Notes: generated by a model from the letters alone, not told the origin. Shown: positions 19,088 to 28,409, numbered from the stretch's first letter. The stretch is DNA of 64,000 bases from Candidatus Bathyarchaeota archaeon (GCA_963772455.1 CAVYXJ010000007.1:32001-96000), one strand, 5' to 3'. Numbers and translations are program-made.

Positions 19088-22000
19088 TTATGCCTTCTCC
19101 TTAAGTCTTAATTTTGGTGTGATGCATAAGCTCTGAAGTTCTTGCAACAGAAGCTTAAAAGCGTAAGACACGATAACTGGTGAGATCTTGGCTTTCTCGT
19201 CGCATATCTTGCAGACATAGCGCCTTTGCTTCATGTCGAAGAAAGCGATTTGTCCGCAGTTCTCACAGATGTATAACGTGTATTTGTCCGATTCTTCCAA
19301 TAGCCTATCTCTTAGAAGCATGGCGGCTCCGTGTCCAATAAGGCAGTCTCGTTCCATTTCTCCGAATCTGAGACCACCACCTCTTGCGCGCCCTTCAGTT
19401 GGCTGGCGTGTGAGCATTTGGACTTGACCTCTAGCTCTGGCGTGGATTTTATCTGCAACCATGTGGTGTAGTTTTTGGTAGTAGACTATACCAACGAATA
19501 TATCTGCGATGAATTTTTCGCCTGTCGTGCCGTTGTAGAAAACTTCGCTTCCCGTTTGGCTAAATCCGAGTTTGACTAGATTTTTGCGAACTTCGTCGGG
19601 TCCTTCGTTTGAGAAAGGTGTACCATCTCCTGGTTTGCCTCTTGCGCATGCTGCTTTGCCTGAGAGTGATTCGATGAATTGTCCGATGGTCATTCTTGAG
19701 GGGATTGCGTGTGGATTGATTATTAAGTCTGGCACAATGCCGTCGTCTGTGAATGGTAGGTCTTCTTGCGCAACGATTAAGCCTATAACTCCTTTTTGTC
19801 CATGGCGTGAAGCAAATTTGTCGCCTAGTTCAGGAACTCTTTGATCTCTTACGCGGACTTTAACGAGTTGACTGCCTTCCCCTGACATTGTTACGAATAT
19901 TCCGTCAACTATGCCTGTTTCGGAGGGACGCATGTCTACTGATGTATCGCGCATTGAGGGTCCTTTAACTTCGAATTCTTTGTATTCTTCAAGGAATCTT
20001 GGAGGACTGATTCTTCCGATTAATACGTCTCCACCGACAACTTGAGATTCTAAACTGATTATTCCGTCAGGTTCTAAAAGACGGTAGTATTGTTCTCCTC
20101 TGTAACCTCTTGTGCCTGGTTCTGGAACAGTGAATTTGTCTTTTAAGCCTCCTAGGTATTGGCGGCATTCTGCTTCGTAGATTCGATAGAATGTTGATCT
20201 GGCTAAGCCGCGTTCTATGGATGCTTTGTTGAAGATGATGGCGTCTTCCATGTTGTAGCCTTCGAAGCTGAGCACTGCGACAACGCAGTTTTGTCCAGTG
20301 GGGCGTTGTTTGTATCCCATGACATCCATGTTTTCGGTTTGAACCATAGGAACTTGTGGGTAATGTAGTATGTGTGAGCGTGAATCTACGCGGTGGTGGA
20401 AGTTTGTTCCGTAAACGCCCAGGGCTTGTTTAGCCATTGCGGCTTGGTAAGAGTTTCTTGGTGACTGGTTATGTTCTGGATATGGGATAGTTGATGCGCA
20501 TATTCCAAGGATTGTGTATGTTGCAATTTCCACATGAGTGTTTTCTGGAGCTATTGCGTCGAAAGTTAAGGAGATGAAAGCGTTTTCTTCTTCTTCAGCA
20601 TCTAAATATTCAACTAAACCGTTTTTGATGACGTCTTCCCATGTCCATTCGCCCAGACCGATCTTTTCAAAATGTTTGGACCCGAGTTTTGAAACACCGT
20701 TTTCAACGATTATGAGAGGGCGTCTGACTCTGCCTTCGTCGCAGTTTGCATGGACTTCTTCTGTTTCAGTTTGGGCTTTAGAGAAGTAAGTTACGTTAAC
20801 TTCTGTTGAGATTTCGCCTGCTCTTCGTTTCTGGCGGAACGATTGCACCATGTCCTTTGGGTTATTACAATAACCAATAATGTTGCCGTCGACGAAAACT
20901 TTGGCACCTGAAATACGTAGCTCAATTGTGGCTTCTGATGCTGGTACTGTGCCCATTTCAAAGAGCAGCTGCTTTATTTTATCTGGATTTACGCCAACAG
21001 CGATGGAGGCTGATAATGCGAGGTTTTTAACAAGACCGCAGTTGGAGCCTTCAGGTGTTTCGTTAGGGCATAAGCGTCCCCAGTGGGTTGGGTGTAAGTC
21101 TCGGGCTTCGAAGTTGGGTTGGCTTCTGCTAAGTGGCGATTGGAGCCTGCGTAGGTGGCTTAGTGTTGAGATGTAATTTGTTCGGTCAAGGAGTTGTGTA
21201 ATGCCGACTCTGCCTCGTCCCCAGTTGCCAGTTGCTAATGCGTGTTGGAATCTTTCGGTGATTATACCTGGGCGCACGGCGGCTGAGACAGTAATGATTG
21301 GTCCTTTAACGCCGATGCGTTCAAGTTGGTATTTTATGTCTCTAGTTAAGTTTCTAAATGAGACACGGAAGAGGTCTGCTAACAATGGACCACCGAGTCT
21401 TAGTCGTTTATTCTTGAAGTGGTCTTTGTCGTCAGGTTGTCTTCTTCCTGTTTTTAGTTGGATTACGCGGTATGCCATTTCGCCAAGGAAAATGGCTTTT
21501 TCTTTGCGGTTTTTGTCGCTTCTTCCAAGGTGTGGAAGGAAGTTTTTGTCTAGCGCGGTTTCTGCTTTTTGAAGGCGGTATTCTTCGACTTGTCCGTGGG
21601 CAACGCGGTTGCCTATGAATAATATGGCGTCGGCTGGTGTGTCTACACCGATGGCTTTTTCGAATGATGCTGATAGTTGGCTTTGGGTGTCGCTGTCGAG
21701 GGAAACGGATTCTGCAATGTCTTTATCTTTTTCCAGGGTCAAGGCGCGCATGATAACGACGAAGGGAATTTCTGTTGGAACTCCTGGCATTGTTACGTAG
21801 ATTGCATCATCTGATTTTAGTTTAAGTTCGATTCTTGCTCGGAATCCGACTGTTGTTGAGAAGATTTTTGCTTGATAAACCGGCGATGTGCCTTTCTCAT
21901 CTATGTCAACAATAACGCGGTTTGGTGCCAAGTCCTCCATAGCAACTATGACACGTTCGCTGCCGTTCACAACAAAGTATCCGCCTGGATCATCTGGATC

Positions 22001-22453
22001 TTCTCCTGCTGCAATGAGTTCTTCTTTGCTGAGTTGACTAAGGAAGCAAAGTTTGCTCTTTAGCATAACAGGGATATTCCCAATGTAAACAAGCTCTGTG
22101 TCTTGTTCTCTACCGTCAACAACGGGAGTCATTTCGAGCGCAATTGGAGCCGAATAAGCTAAGTTGCGTAATCTGGCTTCCATTGGATAAATTTCATGTT
22201 TTGTTCCATCCACTTCAGTGGCATAGGGACCTGTAATTCTGGATTGAGGGTCAATTACCCATATTTGCCCAAGTTTAACTTTGTAGGGACTTTCTGGAAC
22301 TTCAATGGGGATTTCTGCTACTTCATCCACGACTTCTTGAAGTCCGTGGTCAATAAATTCATTATAACTATCAAGATGCTGGGTTACTAGTCCTTTCTCG
22401 TTGAAGAAAGTTTTCAAAAGATAATGGATATCTTCTTTTTGTGGATTAGTCAA
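19088..22453 (-). CDS. rpoB: DNA-directed RNA polymerase subunit B (Rpo2, unsplit)
   Basis: ETPEGSNCGLVKNL, GDKFASRHGQKG, GGLRFGEMERDC and a C-terminal zinc ribbon; TTG start. Confidence 0.98.
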   Translation of the reverse strand: MTNPQKEDIHYLLKTFFNEKGLVTQHLDSYNEFIDHGLQEVVDEVAEIPIEVPESPYKVKLGQIWVIDPQSRITGPYATEVDGTKHEIYPMEARLRNLAYSAPIALEMTPVVDGREQDTELVYIGNIPVMLKSKLCFLSQLSKEELIAAGEDPDDPGGYFVVNGSERVIVAMEDLAPNRVIVDIDEKGTSPVYQAKIFSTTVGFRARIELKLKSDDAIYVTMPGVPTEIPFVVIMRALTLEKDKDIAESVSLDSDTQSQLSASFEKAIGVDTPADAILFIGNRVAHGQVEEYRLQKAETALDKNFLPHLGRSDKNRKEKAIFLGEMAYRVIQLKTGRRQPDDKDHFKNKRLRLGGPLLADLFRVSFRNLTRDIKYQLERIGVKGPIITVSAAVRPGIITERFQHALATGNWGRGRVGITQLLDRTNYISTLSHLRRLQSPLSRSQPNFEARDLHPTHWGRLCPNETPEGSNCGLVKNLALSASIAVGVNPDKIKQLLFEMGTVPASEATIELRISGAKVFVDGNIIGYCNNPKDMVQSFRQKRRAGEISTEVNVTYFSKAQTETEEVHANCDEGRVRRPLIIVENGVSKLGSKHFEKIGLGEWTWEDVIKNGLVEYLDAEEEENAFISLTFDAIAPENTHVEIATYTILGICASTIPYPEHNQSPRNSYQAAMAKQALGVYGTNFHHRVDSRSHILHYPQVPMVQTENMDVMGYKQRPTGQNCVVAVLSFEGYNMEDAIIFNKASIERGLARSTFYRIYEAECRQYLGGLKDKFTVPEPGTRGYRGEQYYRLLEPDGIISLESQVVGGDVLIGRISPPRFLEEYKEFEVKGPSMRDTSVDMRPSETGIVDGIFVTMSGEGSQLVKVRVRDQRVPELGDKFASRHGQKGVIGLIVAQEDLPFTDDGIVPDLIINPHAIPSRMTIGQFIESLSGKAACARGKPGDGTPFSNEGPDEVRKNLVKLGFSQTGSEVFYNGTTGEKFIADIFVGIVYYQKLHHMVADKIHARARGQVQMLTRQPTEGRARGGGLRFGEMERDCLIGHGAAMLLRDRLLEESDKYTLYICENCGQIAFFDMKQRRYVCKICDEKAKISPVIVSYAFKLLLQELQSLCITPKLRLKEKA

Positions 22454-22758
22454 GTTTTCAGTTCTCCCATAAATTTAAGATATAATAATGATTGTGAGTT
22501 TTTGTTAAGCGTGTTTTCACTTTTTCATTTCCTCCGATGCTGGATTGATCCAACTCGAAAAAGGGTTCAGCTAACTTTTCTAAGAGCACAAACACAAGCC
22601 GCGATGCTCGCATATAAACTTTTTTGTACCTCTTGAGTCTAAACTGATTATTTGTTAAACAATAATAAAGCAGTAAAATAAAAAAACTTTACTATCTTCC
22701 GTTTGAATAAATTTTGGAAACTTTGGAACTATAGAGAATGCAGAGACAAAGATGAAAT

Positions 22759-23073
22759 CTAATATCTCGCGATTTTGTAACGAGTTCTACCCATTTGACG
22801 CTGCCGTTTCTCTTGAGCCTCGGTCAATTGAGTTTTACCCGTCTTGACCTCGTAAGTTGTGGGTTCACCAACTTTGTTTCCAAAAAAATCCCGTTTTTGA
22901 ACAACAAAATCTCCATCTTTACGAGTCTTTTGACAATCGTTTCCCATCATTGTTTGATCAAATGCAAAGCGGTCTTTTGCAAGGTTGCCTTTGGCGCGGT
23001 TGCTAGAAAGATTAAATCTTTTTGAAACATTTCCCAGATTTATCGGGTCGTCCTTTAAAGTTCTTTTTACCAT
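22759..23073 (-). CDS. Small PD-(D/E)XK-type nuclease-like protein
   Basis: GDFVV...YEVKTG..QLTEAQ matches the D...EVK and LT..Q pattern of VRR-NUC/HJR-like nucleases. Confidence 0.6.
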   Translation of the reverse strand: MVKRTLKDDPINLGNVSKRFNLSSNRAKGNLAKDRFAFDQTMMGNDCQKTRKDGDFVVQKRDFFGNKVGEPTTYEVKTGKTQLTEAQEKRQRQMGRTRYKIARY

Positions 23074-23133
23074 ACAGAACCTTAGTTTGAAAATACAACG
23101 AGATATTATTTCAACGTTTAGTAAAAAAAAACA

Positions 23134-24027
23134 TCAGTTATTCTTGCGTTTAATTATTTTGATAATTGCTTCTTTTGCGAGATTTTCGGTCTTTTCAGTA
23201 ATAACAGGAAGCAGGTTTAGGTCGGTTTCATATCCTATACTGTTCCTTTCGTTTTGAATTGCTATTTTTGTTGTTGTTCCTGAACCTAAGAATGGATCAA
23301 GTACAAGTTCGCGTTTCACGCTAAACATTCGGATTAGTCTGTGTGCGATTTCTTCAGGATAAGCAGCGGTTCTACGCTCTAAATCGTTTGTTGTCTGTCG
23401 CGTACCTTTGAGTGACCAGATTTGGCTGAACCATTCATCACGTTCTTTTTTGGTGAAAATGCTTTCATATCGTAAAGCATCTTTTGGTGGGAATTTTCGG
23501 AGTTTTCCCTTCCTAAATAACAAAATAAACTCGCAATCAATTGTAATATAAGCGTTTGGTGGAAGGAAACCTGAGCCCAAAAAAGCGCCTTTACCCTTGT
23601 ACATTGGCTTGTTAGTGGGTTTTTTCCAAAGGATATAGGGTAAAGTGGTGAAGCCGATTTTTTCGCACATCTCTGTGATTCGGGAGTGGTTGGGATAGAG
23701 CTGGAATTTGCCGTTTATAGTTCGGGTGGCGTCTCCAATGTTTATGCATGCAATGCCGCCGTCGACTAGGACCCGGTAGGTTTCAGCCCAAACCTTGGCT
23801 AAATAAGCATGCATTGCGGTATAGATTTGATGCACAACATCCTCCTCGCTGATTGCAGCCAATTCACCGAATAATTCTGCAATTCTTGGATCAGCGTTGC
23901 AAAATAGTTCGTCCCACATTGATATCATGGGGTAAGGCGGCGAAGTCACCATTAACTGGACACTTCTGTCCTCAAGTTCACTCATTCGCTGGCTGTTGCC
24001 AAAGATAATTGTATGCTGAGTCTGCAT
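23134..24027 (-). CDS. Site-specific DNA methyltransferase (N4-C/N6-A, beta class)
   Basis: Motif IV VTSPPY near the N-terminus and motif I DPFLGSGTT near the C-terminus. Confidence 0.92.
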   Translation of the reverse strand: MQTQHTIIFGNSQRMSELEDRSVQLMVTSPPYPMISMWDELFCNADPRIAELFGELAAISEEDVVHQIYTAMHAYLAKVWAETYRVLVDGGIACINIGDATRTINGKFQLYPNHSRITEMCEKIGFTTLPYILWKKPTNKPMYKGKGAFLGSGFLPPNAYITIDCEFILLFRKGKLRKFPPKDALRYESIFTKKERDEWFSQIWSLKGTRQTTNDLERRTAAYPEEIAHRLIRMFSVKRELVLDPFLGSGTTTKIAIQNERNSIGYETDLNLLPVITEKTENLAKEAIIKIIKRKNN

Positions 24028-24143
24028 TGCTTCTATGTATCATCGATTGGTGCTTTTACTTTTGCGGTAATATGAATCCAAAGAGAATCCGTTATCACCT
24101 GTTTTCGAAGCAGTTTTTATAAGATAATTTAAATCCGTTACTA

Positions 24144-24815
24144 TTGATGAAAATACCTTATCAGCGAATAATTTACCATCTACCACTTAAAGAACTCAAC
24201 GAAGATGCCGCAATACTTTTAGGACTTCATGCTGGTGACGGATGGCTTTCAGATAAATGGGGAATAAGTTGTGGTCTAAATGATGAAGAAATGCTTGCAA
24301 AAATAATTGAACTTGTTAGAAACGTCTTAGGAGTTGAACCAAACACACCTGTTAATTGTCCTTCAGGTAAAGCTGTGATGATTAGGAGTGGTCAACCTCA
24401 GGCGTTAGAGTTCTTTCGAAATTATGGTTTCCCACAGGGGAGAAAAGCGGGAAAGGTTACTATCCCAAAACAAATCCTTGAATCGAGTGATGAAAGAATA
24501 CATAGAGCTTTTTTATGCGGCCTATTCAGTACAGATGGATGCTTTAGTTTTCAAATAAACCGGGGACCGAGAGTTGAAATCCAAGTTAAAAGCAAAGATC
24601 TCAGAGATGGGTTCACAAATTTAGCTGATAAATTAGAATTCAAATTCCGAACATATGAGTATATGCCACCTAACGGTAAAAATAAATCGCCTCTACACGT
24701 CGCATATACAACTCGGTCGCAACAGGTAATTCGTTGGATGGAGAAGATAGGGTCGATTAAAGATGCGCATAAAATAAGGTATAACAAGTGGAAAATGTTA
24801 AATGACCGAAGTTAA
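24144..24815 (+). CDS. Free-standing double-motif LAGLIDADG endonuclease
   Basis: LLGLHAGDG and FLCGLFSTDG motifs plus GRKA.KVTIP; no intein splicing termini. Confidence 0.85.
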   Translation: MMKIPYQRIIYHLPLKELNEDAAILLGLHAGDGWLSDKWGISCGLNDEEMLAKIIELVRNVLGVEPNTPVNCPSGKAVMIRSGQPQALEFFRNYGFPQGRKAGKVTIPKQILESSDERIHRAFLCGLFSTDGCFSFQINRGPRVEIQVKSKDLRDGFTNLADKLEFKFRTYEYMPPNGKNKSPLHVAYTTRSQQVIRWMEKIGSIKDAHKIRYNKWKMLNDRS

Positions 24816-24835
24816 TTGTTTTTAGCGGTTATTAT

Positions 24836-24986
24836 GCTACGGTAACCAAGCTAGGTCAAAGGTGAAAGAATACGCATTTTGCGTGTTCCACTAAGGACTC
24901 AAGATCTCGACGCTTTGACTCAAGCGCCCAAATGGGAAATCCTTTCCCTCAGGGGTTCGCAGGTTCAAATCCTGCCCGTAGCACCA
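24836..24986 (+). tRNA. tRNA-Leu(CAA) with two introns (24867-24894 at 28/29; 24904-24938 at 37/38), CCA encoded
   Basis: Acceptor GCTACGG/CCGTAGC-A-CCA, T-arm GCAGG-TTCAAAT-CCTGC and a long variable arm. Removing both introns gives AAGGA-CT-CAA-GA-TCCTT. Both introns have BHB-like junctions. Confidence 0.9.
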
Positions 24987-25046
24987 CAAAAAATTTGTAC
25001 TTTTAGAGAAAATTATATACTCCAAAACTTGTAGTATAAGTTTAAT

Positions 25047-25298
25047 TTGGTGACTTGGTTGGTCAGGATAGTTTTCACAGAAGATGAAAGGAGAAACCTC
25101 AAAGTCATAGCTTTGGAACTCTTGGAAATCCGCAAGCTCGTCGTAGAACTTACTGAAACATTGGTAAACGCAAACGACAAAAAACTAATGAAGATGCTTA
25201 ATGGAAGCCAAGATGATCTCAAAGAAAACAAAGTAGATACCTACAAAGAAACTTTGGAAAGACAAATAGACATAGCGGAAAAAGAATTTCGCTCATAG
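25047..25298 (+). CDS. Hypothetical protein, possibly an orphan antitoxin-like protein
   Basis: ETLVNANDKKLMKMLNGSQDDLKENKV resembles the ETL.IL.D.ELM..I..S..D...GRV tail of archaeal RelB/Phd-like antitoxins. Confidence 0.45.
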   Translation: MVTWLVRIVFTEDERRNLKVIALELLEIRKLVVELTETLVNANDKKLMKMLNGSQDDLKENKVDTYKETLERQIDIAEKEFRS

Positions 25299-25490
25299 AC
25301 GATTCATGATCTTTTTTGATAATTCGCAAGCTCTAATCTTGCCCTCATCACGAACCAAATCCTTCGTTCTTATGGAAAGAGATAATACATAGCGTCAATG
25401 AGTATGTTAAGAATACAAATAAGCTGTTTCTCTAGTTGTCAAAACTACGTTTTACGCTTAATTGCAATCTAAAAAATAGGAGAATACACT

Positions 25491-25688
25491 ATGCAGAAAA
25501 TGATCGCATCGATGACTTTAACTTGCCCTCAATGCAACAAGAAATTCGAGTTCGACGCAGTGGGAGAGAACGAGTTCGTTCCTTGCCCTATATGCGGAAC
25601 CAACTTCTTTATAGCTAAAAAAGGCAATAAGTTAATCCTTGAAAGCTTCGAGCAAACCCTGTCTGAAGAATTAGCAATTCTGGTTTAA
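25491..25688 (+). CDS. Small zinc-ribbon protein, LysW-like
   Basis: CPQC and CPICG motifs with LysW-like spacing; lacks the C-terminal EDWGE. Confidence 0.65.
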   Translation: MQKMIASMTLTCPQCNKKFEFDAVGENEFVPCPICGTNFFIAKKGNKLILESFEQTLSEELAILV

Positions 25689-25818
25689 CCAAGATAGCCA
25701 GCTCGGACTAATTTTTTTTTCGATTTTTTTACTTTAACTGACATATTCTTATACGCGGAGCTCTTCAAAACAAAATCCAAATAACCATGCCAACATTATC
25801 CAGTAAGAGGTAGATGCC

Positions 25819-27603
25819 TTGACGGCTAATAATAATGTAACATGGGACTTAACGGAACTTTTCCCAAGCATAACTGACCCCAAAATTGACCAAGCCATTG
25901 CAGAGGTCACAGTAACGGCAAACGAGTTTGAGAAGACTTACCGTTGTAAAATAGCTAGCTTATCATCAGAGGGTCTACTTATGTGCTTACGCGATCTTGA
26001 GGCGTTTGAATTAAAAATTAGCGATTTAACCCTTTATTCTAGCCTTTCATTTGCGATGGACATGACTCAACCCCAGGCGCAGGCATTAAACGACAAGATA
26101 GACAAACTCTCAGCAAACATCAGCAAACAACTCGCGTTTTATTCGCTAGAACTGGGCACATTGGTTAAAACCAACCCTCAAATAATCAAAGAACCAACCC
26201 TTTTCAATTATAGACATACTCTTGAGCGCGTCCAACGCAGAGTAGAACACCAACTCTCTGAAGTGGAAGAACAACTTATCATCGAGAAGGATCAATTTGG
26301 CGTTTATGCTTGGGAGGAATTGCAGAGCAAATGGCTTAACACTCGCCTTTTTGAAGTTGTGGTTTTAGGAGAGAAAAAAACTCTGAGCTACGGAGAAGCT
26401 AACGGTTTGTTACCGCATCATGACCGAGCAACACGGGAATCAGCTAACCGCTCAATCTATGGGTTGCTGGGTAAGGATGGCGAATTGTTCTCGGCAGCAC
26501 TGCGTAATATCTGCAACGATTGGGTAAGTGTGTCTAAACGCAGAAAATATGCTTCACCCATGGAATCTAGTTTTATTAGCAACGACACTGAGAAAGGAAT
26601 CATTGGCAATTTGCTTAAAACCGTCGAAGCAGGCGTAGTAAGTTATCGGCGCTACCTTAAGCTTAAAGCAAAACTCATGAGCTTGCCAGTTTTAGGCAAC
26701 CACGATATCATGGCTTCACTTCCCAAGATGCCAGAATTCAAATTCACGTTCCAACAAGCAGAAGATCTCATTTCCAAAGCCTATGGTCGATTTGATCCCC
26801 AATACGCTGCAGCGGTCAAAGAAATGTTCCAAAAGCACCGTATAGACGCCCAACCAAGATTCGGCAAACGAAACGGCGCCTTCTGTGCAGGCTTCTATAA
26901 AGGCAAATCGGCTTACATCTTGCAAAGTTTCAACGGTACGCTCACAGACGTTTTCACATTAGCTCATGAACTTGGGCACGCCACTCACGACTGGTATGCC
27001 TCGAGAAATCAAACAATGCTCAACATGCACGTTCCGTCCATTGTAGCAGAGACGGCTTCAATTTTTGGTGAGTTGTTACTAACTGATCTGCTTTTGGATG
27101 AAGCAAAATCTGATGAAGAACGCAAAGCACTGCTATGTCTTGTTTTGGATGAGGCAGGTATGACAACGTTCCAAGTTACTGCAAGAGTTTGGTTTGAACA
27201 AGCACTCTACGAGTCCATTGAACGGGGCGAATTCTTGGATTACAAAACCATTTGTAGCCACTGGACTAATAGCCGAGACCGCGTTTTCGGCGATGCAGTC
27301 ACATGGTTCCCAGAAATGCAGGCTGAGTGGACAATGAAACCCCACTACTTCATGGCTAACTACCGATTCTACAATTACCCCTATGTCTACGCCCAAATGT
27401 TCGTTTATTCACTTTATGAGCGGTATTTAGATGAAGGCAAAGCTTTCGTTCCCAAGTTGGTGAAAGTGTTGTCTGCAGGTGGAAGCATGTCCCCAAAAGA
27501 AATCGGTGAAGTCGTCGGCTTGAACGTTGCCGATCCAAACTTCTGGATGGATGGCTTAAAAGTGTTCGATCGCTTAATATGTGACCTCGAAAAAATCATC
27601 TAA
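25819..27603 (+). CDS. pepF: Oligoendopeptidase F (M3B)
   Basis: WDLTELF, GKRNGAFC, TLAHELGHATH, AETAS, HYF...FYNYPY. Confidence 0.93.
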   Translation: MTANNNVTWDLTELFPSITDPKIDQAIAEVTVTANEFEKTYRCKIASLSSEGLLMCLRDLEAFELKISDLTLYSSLSFAMDMTQPQAQALNDKIDKLSANISKQLAFYSLELGTLVKTNPQIIKEPTLFNYRHTLERVQRRVEHQLSEVEEQLIIEKDQFGVYAWEELQSKWLNTRLFEVVVLGEKKTLSYGEANGLLPHHDRATRESANRSIYGLLGKDGELFSAALRNICNDWVSVSKRRKYASPMESSFISNDTEKGIIGNLLKTVEAGVVSYRRYLKLKAKLMSLPVLGNHDIMASLPKMPEFKFTFQQAEDLISKAYGRFDPQYAAAVKEMFQKHRIDAQPRFGKRNGAFCAGFYKGKSAYILQSFNGTLTDVFTLAHELGHATHDWYASRNQTMLNMHVPSIVAETASIFGELLLTDLLLDEAKSDEERKALLCLVLDEAGMTTFQVTARVWFEQALYESIERGEFLDYKTICSHWTNSRDRVFGDAVTWFPEMQAEWTMKPHYFMANYRFYNYPYVYAQMFVYSLYERYLDEGKAFVPKLVKVLSAGGSMSPKEIGEVVGLNVADPNFWMDGLKVFDRLICDLEKII

Positions 27604-28409
27604 AAACCAAGAAGTGCTAATACAATCAATACAATTCCAAGAACAAAAGTGTAGATAGCAAAATAATGAAACCTCTTGGTTAATACTAGCTTTTTCACTA
27701 AAACTATTGCTAAGTAACCTGCTACCATTGCAAATACCAAACCCGCCAAAAGGTTTAATGCACTAACTCCTACACCTTGAGAAAAACTTCCACGTTGCAA
27801 GTAAGCTTCAACTGCTAAGTCGCCTATTATGGCAGGAATCGAAAGTAAAAATGAAAACTTAAAAACAATTTCTCTTTTAACACCTTGCAGCAACCCGCAA
27901 GATATTGTTGCACCACTTCTGGATAGTCCCGGAAAACTTGCAGCCCCTTGTGCTATACCCATGACAAATGCTTTTCGGTAGGATATTTGAGCTTGTTCTT
28001 CCTTTCCGAATTTAGAGAGAACCAGCAAGGTTGCGCCGATGATAAATGTTATACCTATAACTAGGAAAGTTTGGTAGTTGTCGGCTAGATATTGGTTGTA
28101 AAGAAGCCCGATTATTCCTGTTGGAATGGTTGCAACAATTATGAGTGTGATAAGTCGACCGTATTCTGAGTGAAAATCCCGATGAACCAAAGCAGTTAAA
28201 ACCACTTTGATATCATGCCTAAAATAAAATATTACAACTCCAAGTGTACCAAGATGTAAGAATACGTTGAAGAGTGGGGTTGCTTGAAAGCCCAGAAAAT
28301 TCTCAGTAATTCTCAAATGAGCAGTGCTTGATATCGGAAGCCACTCGGTAAAGCCTTGGATTAAACCGAGGATTATTGTTGTTAATAATTGGTCAAGCAA
28401 CACTATCAC
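27600..28409 (-). CDS. uppP: Polyprenyl (undecaprenyl)-diphosphate phosphatase
   Basis: QGFTEWLPISSTAH, LHLGT, PGLSRSG and FSFLLSIP; multi-pass membrane protein. Confidence 0.93.
   Translation of the reverse strand: MIVLLDQLLTTIILGLIQGFTEWLPISSTAHLRITENFLGFQATPLFNVFLHLGTLGVVIFYFRHDIKVVLTALVHRDFHSEYGRLITLIIVATIPTGIIGLLYNQYLADNYQTFLVIGITFIIGATLLVLSKFGKEEQAQISYRKAFVMGIAQGAASFPGLSRSGATISCGLLQGVKREIVFKFSFLLSIPAIIGDLAVEAYLQRGSFSQGVGVSALNLLAGLVFAMVAGYLAIVLVKKLVLTKRFHYFAIYTFVLGIVLIVLALLGF

Noticed and set aside
24144-24815. LAGLIDADG as part of an intein
   Set aside because: No N-terminal Cys/Ser splicing block, no C-terminal His-Asn and no host extein.
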